64,000 nucleotides of DNA from Octopus sinensis (GCF_006345805.1 NC_043010.1:18724001-18788000), one strand, 5' to 3'; shown: positions 38,707 to 51,145, counted from the stretch's first letter. Numbers and translations: made by a program. Notes: generated from the sequence alone by a model not told the origin.

Positions 38707-41700
38707 TCATCAACATTTAATGTCTGTTTTCCATACATGGGTTGGATGGTTTGACAGCATGTGGTGGCAAAGCCAGGGGGCCGCATCAGGTTCCATAACC
38801 TGTTTCGGCTTGGTTCCTACTGCTGCATACCCTTCTTAATGCCAACCAGTTTATACACGTATATACTTATACACACACGCATATGCTCATAATCAGTCAC
38901 ACATGAATAAATCTGTAACTCTGCTGCTATTGCAAGAATGTCTGTTGCCCTATAAACCACCATCATCATCATTGTCTCTTAACATCCGCTTTCCATGCTG
39001 GCATGGGTTGGACGGTTTGACTGAGGACTGGTGAGCCAGGAGGCTGCACCAGGCTCCAATCTTATCTGGCAATGTTTCTACAGCTGGATGCCCTTCCTAA
39101 CACCAACCACTCTGAGAGTGTAGTGGGTGCTTTTTACATGCCACTGACATGAGGGCCAGTCAGGTAGTTCTGGCAACGACCACGCTCAAAAGGTGTTTTT
39201 ACGTGCTACCTGCATGGGAGCCAGTCCAGTGGCACTGGCAACAACCACACTCGAATGTTTTATATATATATATATAGGTGCAGGAGTGGCTGTGTGGCAT
39301 GTAGCTTGCTTACCAACGACATGGTTCTGGGTTCAGTCCCACTGCATGGCACCTTGGGCAAGTTTCCTCCACTACAGCCTCAAGCCAACCAAAGCCTTGT
39401 GAGTGGACTTGGTAGACGGAAACTGAAAGAAGCCCATCACATATATGTATGTGTGTGTGTATATGTTTGTGTGTCTGTGTTTGTCCCCACAACACCACTT
39501 GATAACCGATGCTGGTGTGTTTACGTCCCCATAACTCAGCGGTTCAGCAAAAGAGACCGACAGAATAAGTACTAAGCTTACAAAGGGGTCGATTTGCTCA
39601 ACTAAAAGCGGTGCTCCAGCATGGCTGCAATGTTTTCCCCTTGGTTATCCAACATCTCATGGCATCTAATTTGTCTTTCCCCGACAAACACAAAAACGAA
39701 TTTCCTATTTCTTCTCTATAGATTTTAGCAATTTCTTACTCTCCTCTGGACACTCAATCAAACTCTTTGCATCTTTTACCATTACTGTGTAGTTTGAACC
39801 AATTTCTTCCCTTTTCATTGTTCTTAGGTTTTTTCTCTCTTTTTCAGATTTTTATCTAAATCTTCCCTCTTTGTTGAAAAAGCATTTCCACACCACTCTG
39901 TCCTTTTGTTACACACTTTCCAACAACACCCTCCAATCCCTTTTGCCATCCCATGTGTTTCCCTGATGTCTTTACCCCACACTCTGCTCTTCACCTCTTC
40001 CCCTCCCTGCTTCCACAATACCCACCTAATGATTACACATCACAACTCTATACAACTCCACTCAGACCTCTGAGCATGTGCCATACCAACAACACACGCA
40101 GCTTTCCTCATATGTCCACTTACAGCCAAACTCTTGTACTTACCTCTTCCTCCCTTCTTAACTCCCATGCCATAGAACAGCTTACTCCACCCCCTACTTT
40201 CTAAGCCTCCACCCATTTGTTTTCTCATTGGCTACTTCTCTTTCACTTTCTTATGATAATGGATCTGTCTCTTTCTATTATTGTGTTAAGCTAATACCTT
40301 ATTTGTTCCTGTTATGTTGTCCATATTTATTGTTCAAAGGGTGGCGAGCTGGCAGAAACGTTAGCACGCTGGGCAAAATGCTTAGCGGTACTTCGTCTTC
40401 CGTTACGTTCTGAGTTCAAATTCCGCCGAGGTCGACTTTGCCTTTCATCCTTTCAGGGTTGATAAATTAAGTACCAGTTACGCACTGGGGTCGATGTAAT
40501 CGACTTAATCCGTTTGTCTGTCCTTGTTTGTCCCCTTGTGGGCAATAAAGAAATATATATTTATTGTTCATTGTGTATATATACATGTATATGTATATAT
40601 GTATGTATACACACACACATTCTTTTACCTGTTTCACTCATTGGACTGCGGCCATGTTGGGGTACCGCCTGAAAGAATTTCAGTTGAACAAATCGACCCC
40701 AGGATATATTCTGAAAAGCCTGGTACTTCTTCTACCAGTCTCTTTTGCTGAACGGCTAAATTATGGGGACATAAACACACCAACGCCAGTTTTCAAGCAG
40801 TGGTGATGGACAAACACAACAGACTTCTTTCAGCTTCCATTTACTAAATGTCCACTCACAAGGCTTTCATCAGCCCTAGGCTATATAGCACAGGACACTT
40901 TTCCAAGGTGCCAAGCAGTGGGACTGAACCTGGGACCATGTGTTGGGAAGCAAGCTACTTATCACAGCCACACCTGCACTGATTTGAAGAGAACAAGTTG
41001 ACCTAATAATGAGGGACCTTGATTTCAACTTGGTTGGATTTCATCAGCTTCAATGAAGTCAGAACCTACGTTTTTTGAGTTAGATAATATCCACATCCAC
41101 TTGGTGTTGAAGATTTAATTTTTATAATGAGACCATAATCTCGTGGCCTATGCCAGGGGCGTAACCAGCCCACTTATGTGTACCTTTTCCTTCTTTGGAC
41201 ACTAAAACTCTGCTTGCGAAGACCTGTTGAGGCAAGTGAAATCAAAATCAAAATCAAATTCGATGACTGGCGTCCGTGCTAGTGGGGTGCAAAGAGCACC
41301 ATACGAGTGTGATCGTTGACAGAGTGGTTAACTGGCTTCTGTGCCAGTGGCACGTAAAAGACACCATTCAAGTGTGATTGTTACCAGCGTCGCCTTACTG
41401 GCATTCAAGCCCCATGCTAGTAGGGTATTAAGAGCACCATCCGAGCATGATCATTGCCAGAGCGGCTATCTGGCCTCCATGCCGGTGGCACGTAAAAGAC
41501 ACCATTCGAGCATGATCATTAACAGCATCGCCTTACTGGCACCTATACCAGTGGCATGTGTAAAAGATTCGAGTGAGGTCGTTGTCAGTACCGCCTAGCT
41601 GGCCCTGTGCCGGTGGCACGTAAAAGCACCCACCACACTCTCGGAGTGGTTGGCGTTAGGAAGGGCATCCAGCTGTAGAAACTCTTGGTTCACCAGCCCT

Positions 41701-42360
41701 AAGTCAATCGTCCAACCCATGCTAGCATGGAAAGTGGACGTTAAATGATGATGATTATGATGATTTGTTTATATTATTTCCATTTGTCAGTTTTTTGTCA
41801 CAAACTCAAGGAAACTTTTGCCATGATATTCCAATTTAGGTGTAGTTCTAAGACATATTTCAAGCACAGATTTTAGCTAATTATGTGCTGACATAATAAA
41901 GTCAGCAATTAAAAATTAATTAACATTGCTAAGAGGGGAGGAAAACATTAGATTCAATGATTACCATTAATTAAATCAGCTCTGGAATTTTAATTGACAA
42001 AACTTACACCTGTAGTCAGTCAACACGTGATTTTAAACAAATAATGACAATAAGCATTTGGGATTAACATTAGTCACAGAGCTGGTATATCTTTCTACTC
42101 ACTACAAAATAGTTTTAATTAATTAGCTTTTTTTTTTTTGCACACTTCCTTACGCTAGTATTAACCTAATGTGTTTCATGCATTTGGTAACTTTCATCAA
42201 CCATTACGATAATTTACCCTACTAAAGAGTAAAAGTGAACACAAATTCAGATTTTTTACATATAGGCACCAGCATGGCTGTGTGCTAACAAGCTTGCTTC
42301 ACAACTACATGGTTCCGGGTTCAATCCCATTGCTTGGCACCTTGGGCAAGTGTCTTCTAC

Positions 42361-42596
42361 AGTTCTATATTTAAGAGATGAGGAATTATGTACATTGATG
42401 GATATTTGTTCTCATCTTGTATGTTGTTAACCCCGCGTTTCGGCTGATATACCCTCCAGCCTTCTTCAGGTGTTTTGGGGAAATTTCGAACCAGGGTTCT
42501 CATTCCCCAAGACACTCAATGAAGGCTGGAGGATATATCAGCTGAAACGTGCTAACAACAAACAAGATGAGGACAAATATCCGTCAAATGTAAATA
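42361..42596. mobile_element. Inverted pair of the Penelope-LTR-like repeat inserted into a SINE, 13-bp TSD
   Basis: AAGTGTCTTCTAC at 42348-42360 and 42597-42609; the host family-2 SINE resumes after the insertion. Confidence 0.8.
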
Positions 42597-43099
42597 AAGT
42601 GTCTTCTACTATAGCCTCATGCTGGCCAAAGCCTTGTGAGTGGATTTGGTATATGGAAACTGAAAGAAGCCTACTATATATATATATATATATATATCTG
42701 TGTGTGTTTGTCCACCACCAGCACGTGACAAATGGTGTTGGTGTTTTTATGTCCCCGTAACATAGTACTTTGTTAAAATAGAATGACAGAATAAGGGCCA
42801 GGCTTAAAATAAATACCGGGGTTGATTCATTTGACTAAAGAGAAATTCTTCAAGGCAGCTGCACCAGGCTCCAGTCTTGATCTGGCAGAGTTTCTACAGC
42901 TGTTAGGAAGGGCATCCAGCTGTAGAAACTCTGCCAGATCAAGACAGGAGCCTGGTGCAGCCATCTGGTTTGCCAGCCCTCAGTCAGAATCGTCCAACCC
43001 ATGCTAGCATGGAAAGCGGACGTTAAGCGATAATGATGATGACTGCTCCGGCATTCGACCATTCTGATAAATGGGAGGAACACAAACCTAGTAAAGTAA

Positions 43100-43480
43100 G
43101 AAATACAAGATGTTGTGGGACTTTTAACGTTCAGACTGACAAAATAATAGAATAGAGAAGATCTGATTTAGTAGAAGTAGACAAAGAGAATAGAAAGTAT
43201 CAGGTAATTGACTTTACAGTGCCAAATGATGAAAAAAAATCAATATGAGAGGTATAGAGAAACTAGCAAAGCACCAGAACCTAGCCATTGTGTTACAGAA
43301 GCTAGGGGAAGTGCAGGTGAAATGTATTGCAGTAGTCGTAGGTCCCTAAAGATTTGAACAGATGGATAGAGGAAATAGGTATAAAACCCAGTTTAGTACT
43401 GCAGAAAACAGTGTTATTAGGGACAGCTAGGATACTTAGGAGGGTTCTTGGTATCTAAGGTTACTTGTTGTAGCCTAATG
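43100..43480 (+). mobile_element. R4/Dong-like non-LTR retrotransposon 3' remnant (restriction-like endonuclease)
   Basis: Frameshifted LWDFNVQTDKII..RRSDLV..DK...VIDFTVPND and LQKTVLLGTARILRRVL, followed by (TAA)n. Confidence 0.65.
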
Positions 43481-43744
43481 TTAGGATTTTTTTCTTTTCC
43501 AACAGTCTAATCAGTTGTGCGTACACAAAATAATAATAATAATAATAATAGTAATAATAATAATAATAATGATAACAGGAAGAACTAGAATACTTAAGAA
43601 GGTTTTTGGCATCTAAGATTACTTGTTGTGCATAAGTGAAATAATAATAATAATTTCTTAGATAAGTACAAACATAAAAATTTGATAGCATGGGTATAGT
43701 TGATTAAATCAAGTCCAGTATTTGACTGATAATAATAATAATAA

Positions 43745-44160
43745 TAATCTTTTATTGGCCACAAGAGCCCAAGGCATTGGAAACATTACAAGGACAAGAT
43801 ATAAAACAGCGGGGAGCAGGGTTTACATTGGGCAAAAAAAAAAGTAACAGTAACAACAAATAACAATACAATATCAACAAGGAAAAGATCCCCAACAGGA
43901 GTGGGGATAGTCCCCTAGGGTAAACCTAGGAGCTCAAAGATCCAGGTTTGCCCTGACTACCGAATGCCCTCTTCCAGCTTGATTCTCTGTCATACAGGCA
44001 CATGCTGAGAGTAGACTCATTCACTCAAGCCAAGCTCACCATTCACACTCATCTCTCAACAAATTTATAGAGGGCAGCACCTTCTTTTCCAGCCTCACCT
44101 CCTGCATTGAGTCGATGTAGGCTGAGTAGGCAAATGTTTGTCGTTGGTCCTTGCAGTTTT
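43745..44160 (-). mobile_element. Possible L1/Tx1-like LINE 3' end fragment
   Basis: Short C-terminal-like translation EVRLEKKVLPS, and an AATAAA-like end abutting (TTA)n on the element strand. Weak evidence. Confidence 0.35.
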
Positions 44161-45653
44161 AATAATTATGGTTTGAATGATTTCTGAGACACAAGGCCAC
44201 AAATTTTAGAGAAGGATGTCAATGATTAAATCTACCCCAGTATATGACTGGTACTCTATTTTATTAAGCTCCCACCCTACACCTAGGAAAAAGACAAAAA
44301 GTGCAGAGAAAACAAGAGGGATTTGAACTGATATTATTATGATATGACGAAATAGCTCAAAGGATCTTGTCCATTATACAATTGAGTCTGTTAATAACTA
44401 TTGCTCCAATAATAATAATAATGATAATAATCCTTTCTGTCTCAGGTTTGTAGGGAGGGGACTAGTTGATTACATCAACCCCAGTGTTTCACTGGTACTT
44501 TATCGACCCCGAAAGTTTGAAAGGTAAAGGTGACCGTGGCAGAATTTGAACTCCTCAATATAATAATAATAATAATAATAATAATGGTTTCAAATTTTCG
44601 CAGAAGACCAGCAAAAACTGGTACTTATATTATCAACCTCAAAAGGATGAAAGCAAAAAGCTGACCCAGGAAGAATCTGAACTCAGAATGTAAAGACAGA
44701 CAAAACGCCTGGCATACTAACGATTCTGCCAGCTCACTGCACTAATAATAATAATCGTTTCTGGTTAGAAGTTTTGAAGGGTGGTTTTAGTGAATCACAT
44801 TGACCCCAGTAACTTGATTGAGTACTTTTTATGTAATCTACTCTGGAAGGACGACAGGCATTTTGTCTGGCCCTGTAACAAATCCACCAATTCACTACAC
44901 TTAAAAATGATTGCGCCTCATCTTGGTACAAGGCCAGTAATACTGATGGCAAGTGGGGTCAGTTGATATCATTGACCCCTCTACTCAACTGGTCCTTCAC
45001 TCTATCAATCTCAGATGGATAAAAGGCAAAGTTGACCTCAGCACAATTTGAACTTGGAATTTTCCCACAGCTCTAATGATTCTACTGATGATGACGGTGA
45101 TGATGATGATAACAGTGTACATAGATACAAGGCCAAATAGAAAAGGGAGGAAAGATACAGTCGACTAAAGAGCCTAGTATATAACTGGTACAGGATTTTA
45201 TTGATCCCTGTGGTATAAAAGGCAGAGTCAACCTAGACAGCATGTGAAATGAGGACAAGAATAATTAGAAGAAGAATAAAAACAACGACAATAATAAGTT
45301 AAAATAATTTTCTTTAAATAAAGGAAATTAACCTAATGTTTAGTTTCCTTACTTTGTTTCTCCCTCCCCACCATGACCAACACCTCTTGGATTGTGTGCG
45401 GTTTACTCACTGTTGTGTTTATGTGTGTGTGTGAGTACTTGTCCGCAACTGCACTTTTGTGCTGCAATGTGCATGTGTTATATGTGTGTTTGTGCAAGTG
45501 TGCAGAAGAGAGGGGTGGGGTAGGCCGATAGAGGCGACAAGTTGCTTCTGTCTATCTATAGAAAGTCTGTTTCACTGTCCATATTTGTGAAAGTGGAGGG
45601 ACAGAGTAAGTGAGGTGAGTGAGAGAGAGAAAGAAAGAGAGAGAGAGAGAGAC

Positions 45654-46907
45654 TCATAAGACAGGTTGGTGAAACGTGACTCGTCCATTGAGGCACCCTG
45701 CCACATACATGCAGTGATTTGGTGCAAACTTGGCCGTCACCACAACATTGGTGTGTGCCATGTTGCATGCCACCTCACACATCTTCAGTGGTCGCTGTGG
45801 CACGCAATCAGGTAGCTCGAGGCATTGTGGGTTGAATGCGAGCAGGCGTGTCCCAAAGCCAAATGGTGAGCAAATGAGTCGGCCATCGGAACTGAAACAG
45901 AGCTCTTTAATGAAGCCCCGACCCACATTCGGTTCCTCGCTGTAATAGAGCAGACGTGGCTGGTTTTTGTGAATGCGATAAAGATGCGAAGGATATGACT
46001 TAACACCCGAGCAAACAGCTAGCATCCGCTTCTGTTGCTGATGGTGCTGTTGTCCAGCACGAAATATTAAGGTGTAATCGGCAGGCATGCGGGACGAGCC
46101 CCCACTGGTGCTCGCCTCAGGACGGCCAGTTTCCATGGAGCTCACTTCCCCTCTTGAGGAACGGTGCCTTAACAAAGAGGAGGAAGAAGATAGAGAGGAA
46201 CTGTTTACTGTTTCGTGTTGGTTGGAATTACTTGTATTTGCACTTCGGCGCATTCCTTGCTGCTGCGCAGGCGAAAAACGGTTTGGTGCTGAAGTTGGTT
46301 GCATTGATTCACCGAATGTTGAAGAACGATTCTGTGTTGTTACATTGGTCACATTCCTGCTACTATTATCAGTTTGGGATGATGATGCATTTGATCCTCT
46401 AACGGGATCATTGCCTGGGATACTCTGGCCCCGTTGGTGTGATGTGGAGAACGAGGAAGGGCTGAGGTCGACACGGGGAGTTCGATAATATAGAATCCGG
46501 TTGCGAGTAGGTCGACTTGGGTTCACACGACCTCTCGGCAGAAAGTCAGAATCTGAGCCATCATCACCCCCACGACCACTACCCTCATTATCATCATCAT
46601 CATCATCGTAATCATCACGTTCGTGGTGATTATTGTCGTCATCGTCAGAAGCTGAATTTTCAGGGGTCGGTGATTGCACACGCACATAGATAAGCCAGGA
46701 GGGACTGGACGAGCGTGAATTTGAGGTCGGGGATGGTGAACGTGTGGGGATGGGAGACATGGAACCAATAGGTCGACCAAGCACTGGTCCACTGGATGTA
46801 GATGGCTGCGGGCTGTAGTCCAACATTTCCTCATCAAAGTCTTCAAAATCTTGTTCATCTACAGAAGTGTCCATCTTCATTTCCTGAATGTCATGCAGAC
46901 ATGTCCA
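45654..46907 (-). CDS. DCAF10: DCAF10 terminal coding exon (with long low-complexity insertion)
   Basis: Pyrimidine tract plus cag acceptor, starts WTCLHDIQE and ends YSEEPNVGRGFIKELCFSSDGR...AGCLNGRVTFHQPVL, then TGA at 45654-45656. The six exons total 2148 nt = 715 aa plus stop. Confidence 0.93.
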   Translation of the reverse strand, partial: WTCLHDIQEMKMDTSVDEQDFEDFDEEMLDYSPQPSTSSGPVLGRPIGSMSPIPTRSPSPTSNSRSSSPSWLIYVRVQSPTPENSASDDDDNNHHERDDYDDDDDDNEGSGRGGDDGSDSDFLPRGRVNPSRPTRNRILYYRTPRVDLSPSSFSTSHQRGQSIPGNDPVRGSNASSSQTDNSSRNVTNVTTQNRSSTFGESMQPTSAPNRFSPAQQQGMRRSANTSNSNQHETVNSSSLSSSSSLLRHRSSRGEVSSMETGRPEASTSGGSSRMPADYTLIFRAGQQHHQQQKRMLAVCSGVKSYPSHLYRIHKNQPRLLYYSEEPNVGRGFIKELCFSSDGRLICSPFGFGTRLLAFNPQCLELPDCVPQRPLKMCEVACNMAHTNVVVTAKFAPNHCMYVAGCLNGRVTFHQPVL

Positions 46908-46997
46908 CTGGGAAATATTAGAAGAAGAAAGAAAAGAAGAATAAGAAGAAAGTTTCAACTGGAAAAGGATTAAATAAAAATACAAGAGTAAGAGACG

Positions 46998-47175
46998 ACA
47001 GAAGAATACAGTTCGGTATTTAAGAGATGAGGAATTATTTACATTATTTTCATTTGACGGATATGTCTTCATCTTGTTTGTTGTTAACACAATATTTCGG
47101 CTGATATACCCCCCAGCCTTCTTCAGGTGTCTTGGGGAAATTTCGAACCTCGGTTCTCATTCCTAAGATATTTTT
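46998..47175 (-). mobile_element. Single copy of the hammerhead-bearing Penelope-LTR-like repeat in the last DCAF10 intron
   Basis: Closely matches 32055-32215; hammerhead motif at 47086-47131. Confidence 0.8.
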
Positions 47176-47982
47176 CGAATGACTTAGACAAAATTCCATA
47201 TGAGGAGGGGAGATAATTGCAAGAATTAAGAACTTTTCAAAGTTGAGATGCCATTAAGGAAAAAGGACAAGTTTATTGTCTGGAGACAAGAAGACAGTCA
47301 TGGGCGCCTGTTTCTACCTCAATAGGTGTCATCAGCAAGGCAATTGTCTTGCCTTAACTGCAGTAAGAAGTCAAAGGACTTGGGCTTGTACAAAGTGACT
47401 GGAGAAAATAGGTGTATAACCTGTTTATCAGTCACACAGACTGAGGCAGAGTTATGTACAATATACTCGGACAAGGCTGTAGTAATTAGGAGTGGGGTTT
47501 CAACCTCCCAATCTGTGTGTGCTAAAGTTTAGCACTTACAGGTCAAAATGGTAAAAACAATAATGATAAACAACAAAAACAAAATAGAAATCTGTTGATC
47601 AACATCAATGGAAATTGTAGTTTTGATACCAGTGCTGGTGGCACGTAAGAGAACCATCCGGACGTGGCCGTTGCCAGCGACGCCCCGATTGGCCTCTGTG
47701 CCAGTGGCACGTAAAAAGCACCATCCGATCGTGGCCGTTGCCAGCCTCGTCTGGCACCTGTGCCGGTGGCATGTAAAAAACACCCACTACACTCACGGAG
47801 TGGTTGGTGTTAGGAAGGGCATCCAGCTGTAGAAATACTGCCAGATCAGACTGGGCCTGGTGCAGCCTTCTGGCTTCCCAGACCCCAGTCGAACTGTCCA
47901 ACCCATGTTAGCATGGAAAGCGGACGTTAAACGATGATGATGATGTGTTATGGTGTGAATAATGTCTGGTGAGATGACTTAC

Positions 47983-48042
47983 TTCTGAGTTTTCATCACT
48001 GCTTGTACTTCGAGATAAGCAACACCAGCCTTGGGGGTGGAT
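47983..48042 (-). CDS. DCAF10: DCAF10 coding exon 5
   Basis: tag/gtaagt, 60 nt in phase 0: IHPQGWCCLSRSTSSDENSE (HPxGW motif). Confidence 0.92.
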
Positions 48043-49029
48043 CTATTTGAAAAACAAGAAAAGGAAGTGAGATGAAAGCAAGGCAACAGCAACAACAAGA
48101 AATACACATGTATATCCTTAAAACTGGTGTATGTCTTGAAAACTGGTAATAGCGTTAAAGTTACTTTTTGTGTGGCACCAGCACAGATCTTAGACTTATT
48201 CAACTGGTCATCAGAGAAATAAATTAAGGTTTCCAAATCCAGTTTTAGCTTTCACTAAAAGCAAAGACCCAGCTACAGCAATACCATTTGATTGGTTCAA
48301 TAAAAACTATTCAAGCAACATTTTATTGAATTTTTTTCATGCAAATATTCTCTATTTACTTTTTCTTTCATTGTTAAACACACAACCTTCCAATAAAACC
48401 GAAAACCATTTTTTCTAAGTTCTCAATGTTGTAGAAAGTCAACAATCAGACGTGAAATTGCCATTAATAAACTTCAACTTATACATTATTTTATACATAT
48501 TAATTGCCAGCCTCGCCTGGCACCTGTGCCGGTGGCACGTAAAAAGCACCCACTACACTCATGGAGTGGTTGGCGTTAGGAAGGGCATCCAGCTGTAGAA
48601 ACACTGCCAGATCAGACTGGAGCCTGGTGCAGCCTCCTGGCTTCCCAGACCCCGGTCAAACCGTCCAACCCATGCTGCATGGAAAACGGACGTTAAACGA
48701 TGATGAATTAGATTTAGCATATCATTAATCAGTTTAAATTTAGTTTATCAGTAACTTTAGGCAATGCAATGCGGTTTATAACAAAAACTAAATGTTTAGA
48801 ATGCAGTCTGAGGCATTTCACATATTATCTGCAGAGTAGCCCTCTCTTCATAAATATTTTCTACTATAGGCACAAGGCCTGAAATGGGGGGGGGCGATAG
48901 TTGATTTCATCGACCCCAGTGTGTAACTGGTACTTATTGTATCAACCCCCGAAAGGATGAAAGGCAAAGTTGACCTTGGCGGAATTTGAACTCAGAACGT
49001 AGTAGCAGACTAAATATCACTAGTAAAGA

Positions 49030-49064
<35 letters not shown>

Positions 49065-49934
49065 TTACTGTTGTTGTTGTTGCTCTTCCTGTGTGTATTT
49101 TAGCACTTTTATTATTATTCCAATAACATTAACAGACTAAATACTCCACAAAATTTAGTTTCGCCCATTTATAAGTTCTAAATCCAATCACTTTTCCAAT
49201 AACCTTCCACTGCCACAAGATCAATAACTTTGAGTCAGTTCTATGAACACTACAGAATTTGTCAAAAACTTCTCCAACACATTATACTTAAAGACATCAA
49301 GAAATTTTGAACTTAAACACAAAAGGATGAAATCATTGTCAAGTAGTTTTGTTCTTTTACTGCTCTGGTTAATGAACCATCCACCAAGCTAACAAAATCT
49401 ATAAACAGACTTAAGCAGCCAGGAAAGCTGGCTGAGAGAAGATAATCTTACCAAAGAATATCTTAAGACCCATCTCTCCTCATCAGCATCACCACTATTG
49501 GTGTTGTCATCATCATCTCCAATATTTCCATATTGGCAAAAGCTGGATAAATCTACAATGTTGTAACCCACCTTTCTTCTTAATTCTTTCTCAATCATTT
49601 AGGTCCAATATGTTAACATTTGACCTCAATGTTGTACCATTGATTTCCCTCACTTACAGCTATATTCCACTAATGGTGCACCATTAATCCATCCATCAAC
49701 AAAACACTGCCTTCCAGAATGCACCACACCACACCATTAAACCATACATCTGTCGATCGACCTGACCATCTATCCATCTGAACACCCACCCATCTGCCCC
49801 ACTATCCATCACTCCACCCATCCATCCTTTCATCCCTCCCCCACCCACCCTTCCGTCCCTCCCCCACCCACCCTTCCATCCCTCCCCCACCCAATCAACA
49901 CTGTTCCAGCCCTGGGTGGGGCTGCTGCACTGAC

Positions 49935-50256
49935 CTGAAGGGATGCAATCACACACGCTTCATCGCGGCCGGGAAAGTCACTGATGAACTCAACACGGTT
50001 CCGATGCCGTTCAAAGACATGGTTGTAGAGTGTGCTGTTGCGACGAGGGATCTGCTCCAACTGCATGAAGCGGTAAAACTTTGGTTTGAATCCCCGTAAA
50101 TCCTGTTCCAGATACGATAAATCGAGATTGTGGATGACAATCAGATAGCCTTCTGTTGTTGAAATGACAATTTTTGAAGAGTCTGGCGTTAACTTGGAAC
50201 GCATCAATCCACTGGTGTGGAATACTCGTTTGAAATTTGGTTCATTTACAGAATAA
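49935..50256 (-). CDS. DCAF10: DCAF10 coding exon 4
   Basis: cag/gtcagt, 322 nt: YSVNEPNFKRVFHTSGLMRSKLTPDSSKIVISTTEGYLIVIHNLDL...CVIASLQ. Confidence 0.94.
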
Positions 50257-50534
50257 CTGCAAGAGACAATATGAATACTTATATATAGATATATACATAC
50301 ATACATGTGTGTGTGTGTGTTGTGAGAGAAAAAACATGAAGTGTGAACTTGGCATTTCTTCCAACAGATAATTACTATAAATAGAAATAGAGGAGTCAGT
50401 GGTACCATAAATTGAAGAGTCAGAATAAGAGTCAAAGAAGTAGTGTATCCATTCAACCGTATTGCTCGCCCAAGCATGAGGTTTTTAATCACCCAGCCAC
50501 ACCTGTACTCAGAAGTTTATACAATCAGACTCAC

Positions 50535-50732
50535 CTGTTTATGTCCCAGGTGTATATACTGCCATCAAAACCAGATGTAAGTAACAGGCAATGATCAGCA
50601 TCATACTCTATGTTCTTCACCCAATTCGAATGGCCACGAAGTGTGCGTATTTCATGCCTCAGATACCGAACGTCCCACAACGACACAGTGGTGTCGTCCG
50701 AACAGGTAGCAAACACTCGCGAGTCTAAAAAT
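50535..50732 (-). CDS. DCAF10: DCAF10 coding exon 3 (WD40)
   Basis: cag/gtgagt, 198 nt: FLDSRVFATCSDDTTVSLWDVR...GHSNWVKNIEYD...SGFDGSIYTWDIN. Confidence 0.96.
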
Positions 50733-51112
50733 CTGAAACAAAACACAAAAAGAATTTATGTGTGAATGTGTGTGTATGTGTAATCAAGAATGGTGATGGT
50801 GATCACCCTTATCATTTTTATGTCTGGTTTTTTCCATGCTAGCATGAGTTAGATGGAACTTAGAGAGGCAGATATCCAGTGAGTGGATCCCTCCTCCTCC
50901 ATCGGTTGCCAACCCTTACTTACTCCCCAAGTAAGGTTTTTTCCCTTCCATCAGTCCTCATATATTGAAAGCAATGAAATGGCTGAATTTCAGGACTTCT
51001 GTTTACTGGAGAATGTGACTGTCACCATTTTGGCTCAAACAGTGTTTATGAAGATGCATTCGCAAACACATACATAAATACATATACATACATACATTAT
51101 ATGTACATATGT

Positions 51113-51145
<33 letters not shown>

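Noticed and set aside
41240-41640. CRISPR-like palindromic repeats with variable spacers
   Set aside because: The linkers are homologous to each other, the array belongs to a dispersed LINE tail, the context is eukaryotic and there are no cas genes.
46908-47090. N-terminal 61 aa of the 478-aa ORF 45654..47090
   Set aside because: It reads through the hammerhead repeat and polypyrimidine tract; the real exon starts at the cag acceptor (46907), in phase with exon 5.
49389-49598. Possible DCAF10 cassette exon (DADEERWVLR, with a gtaaga donor)
   Set aside because: Both candidate acceptors give stops in the required phase 0, and the conserved protein is complete without it.
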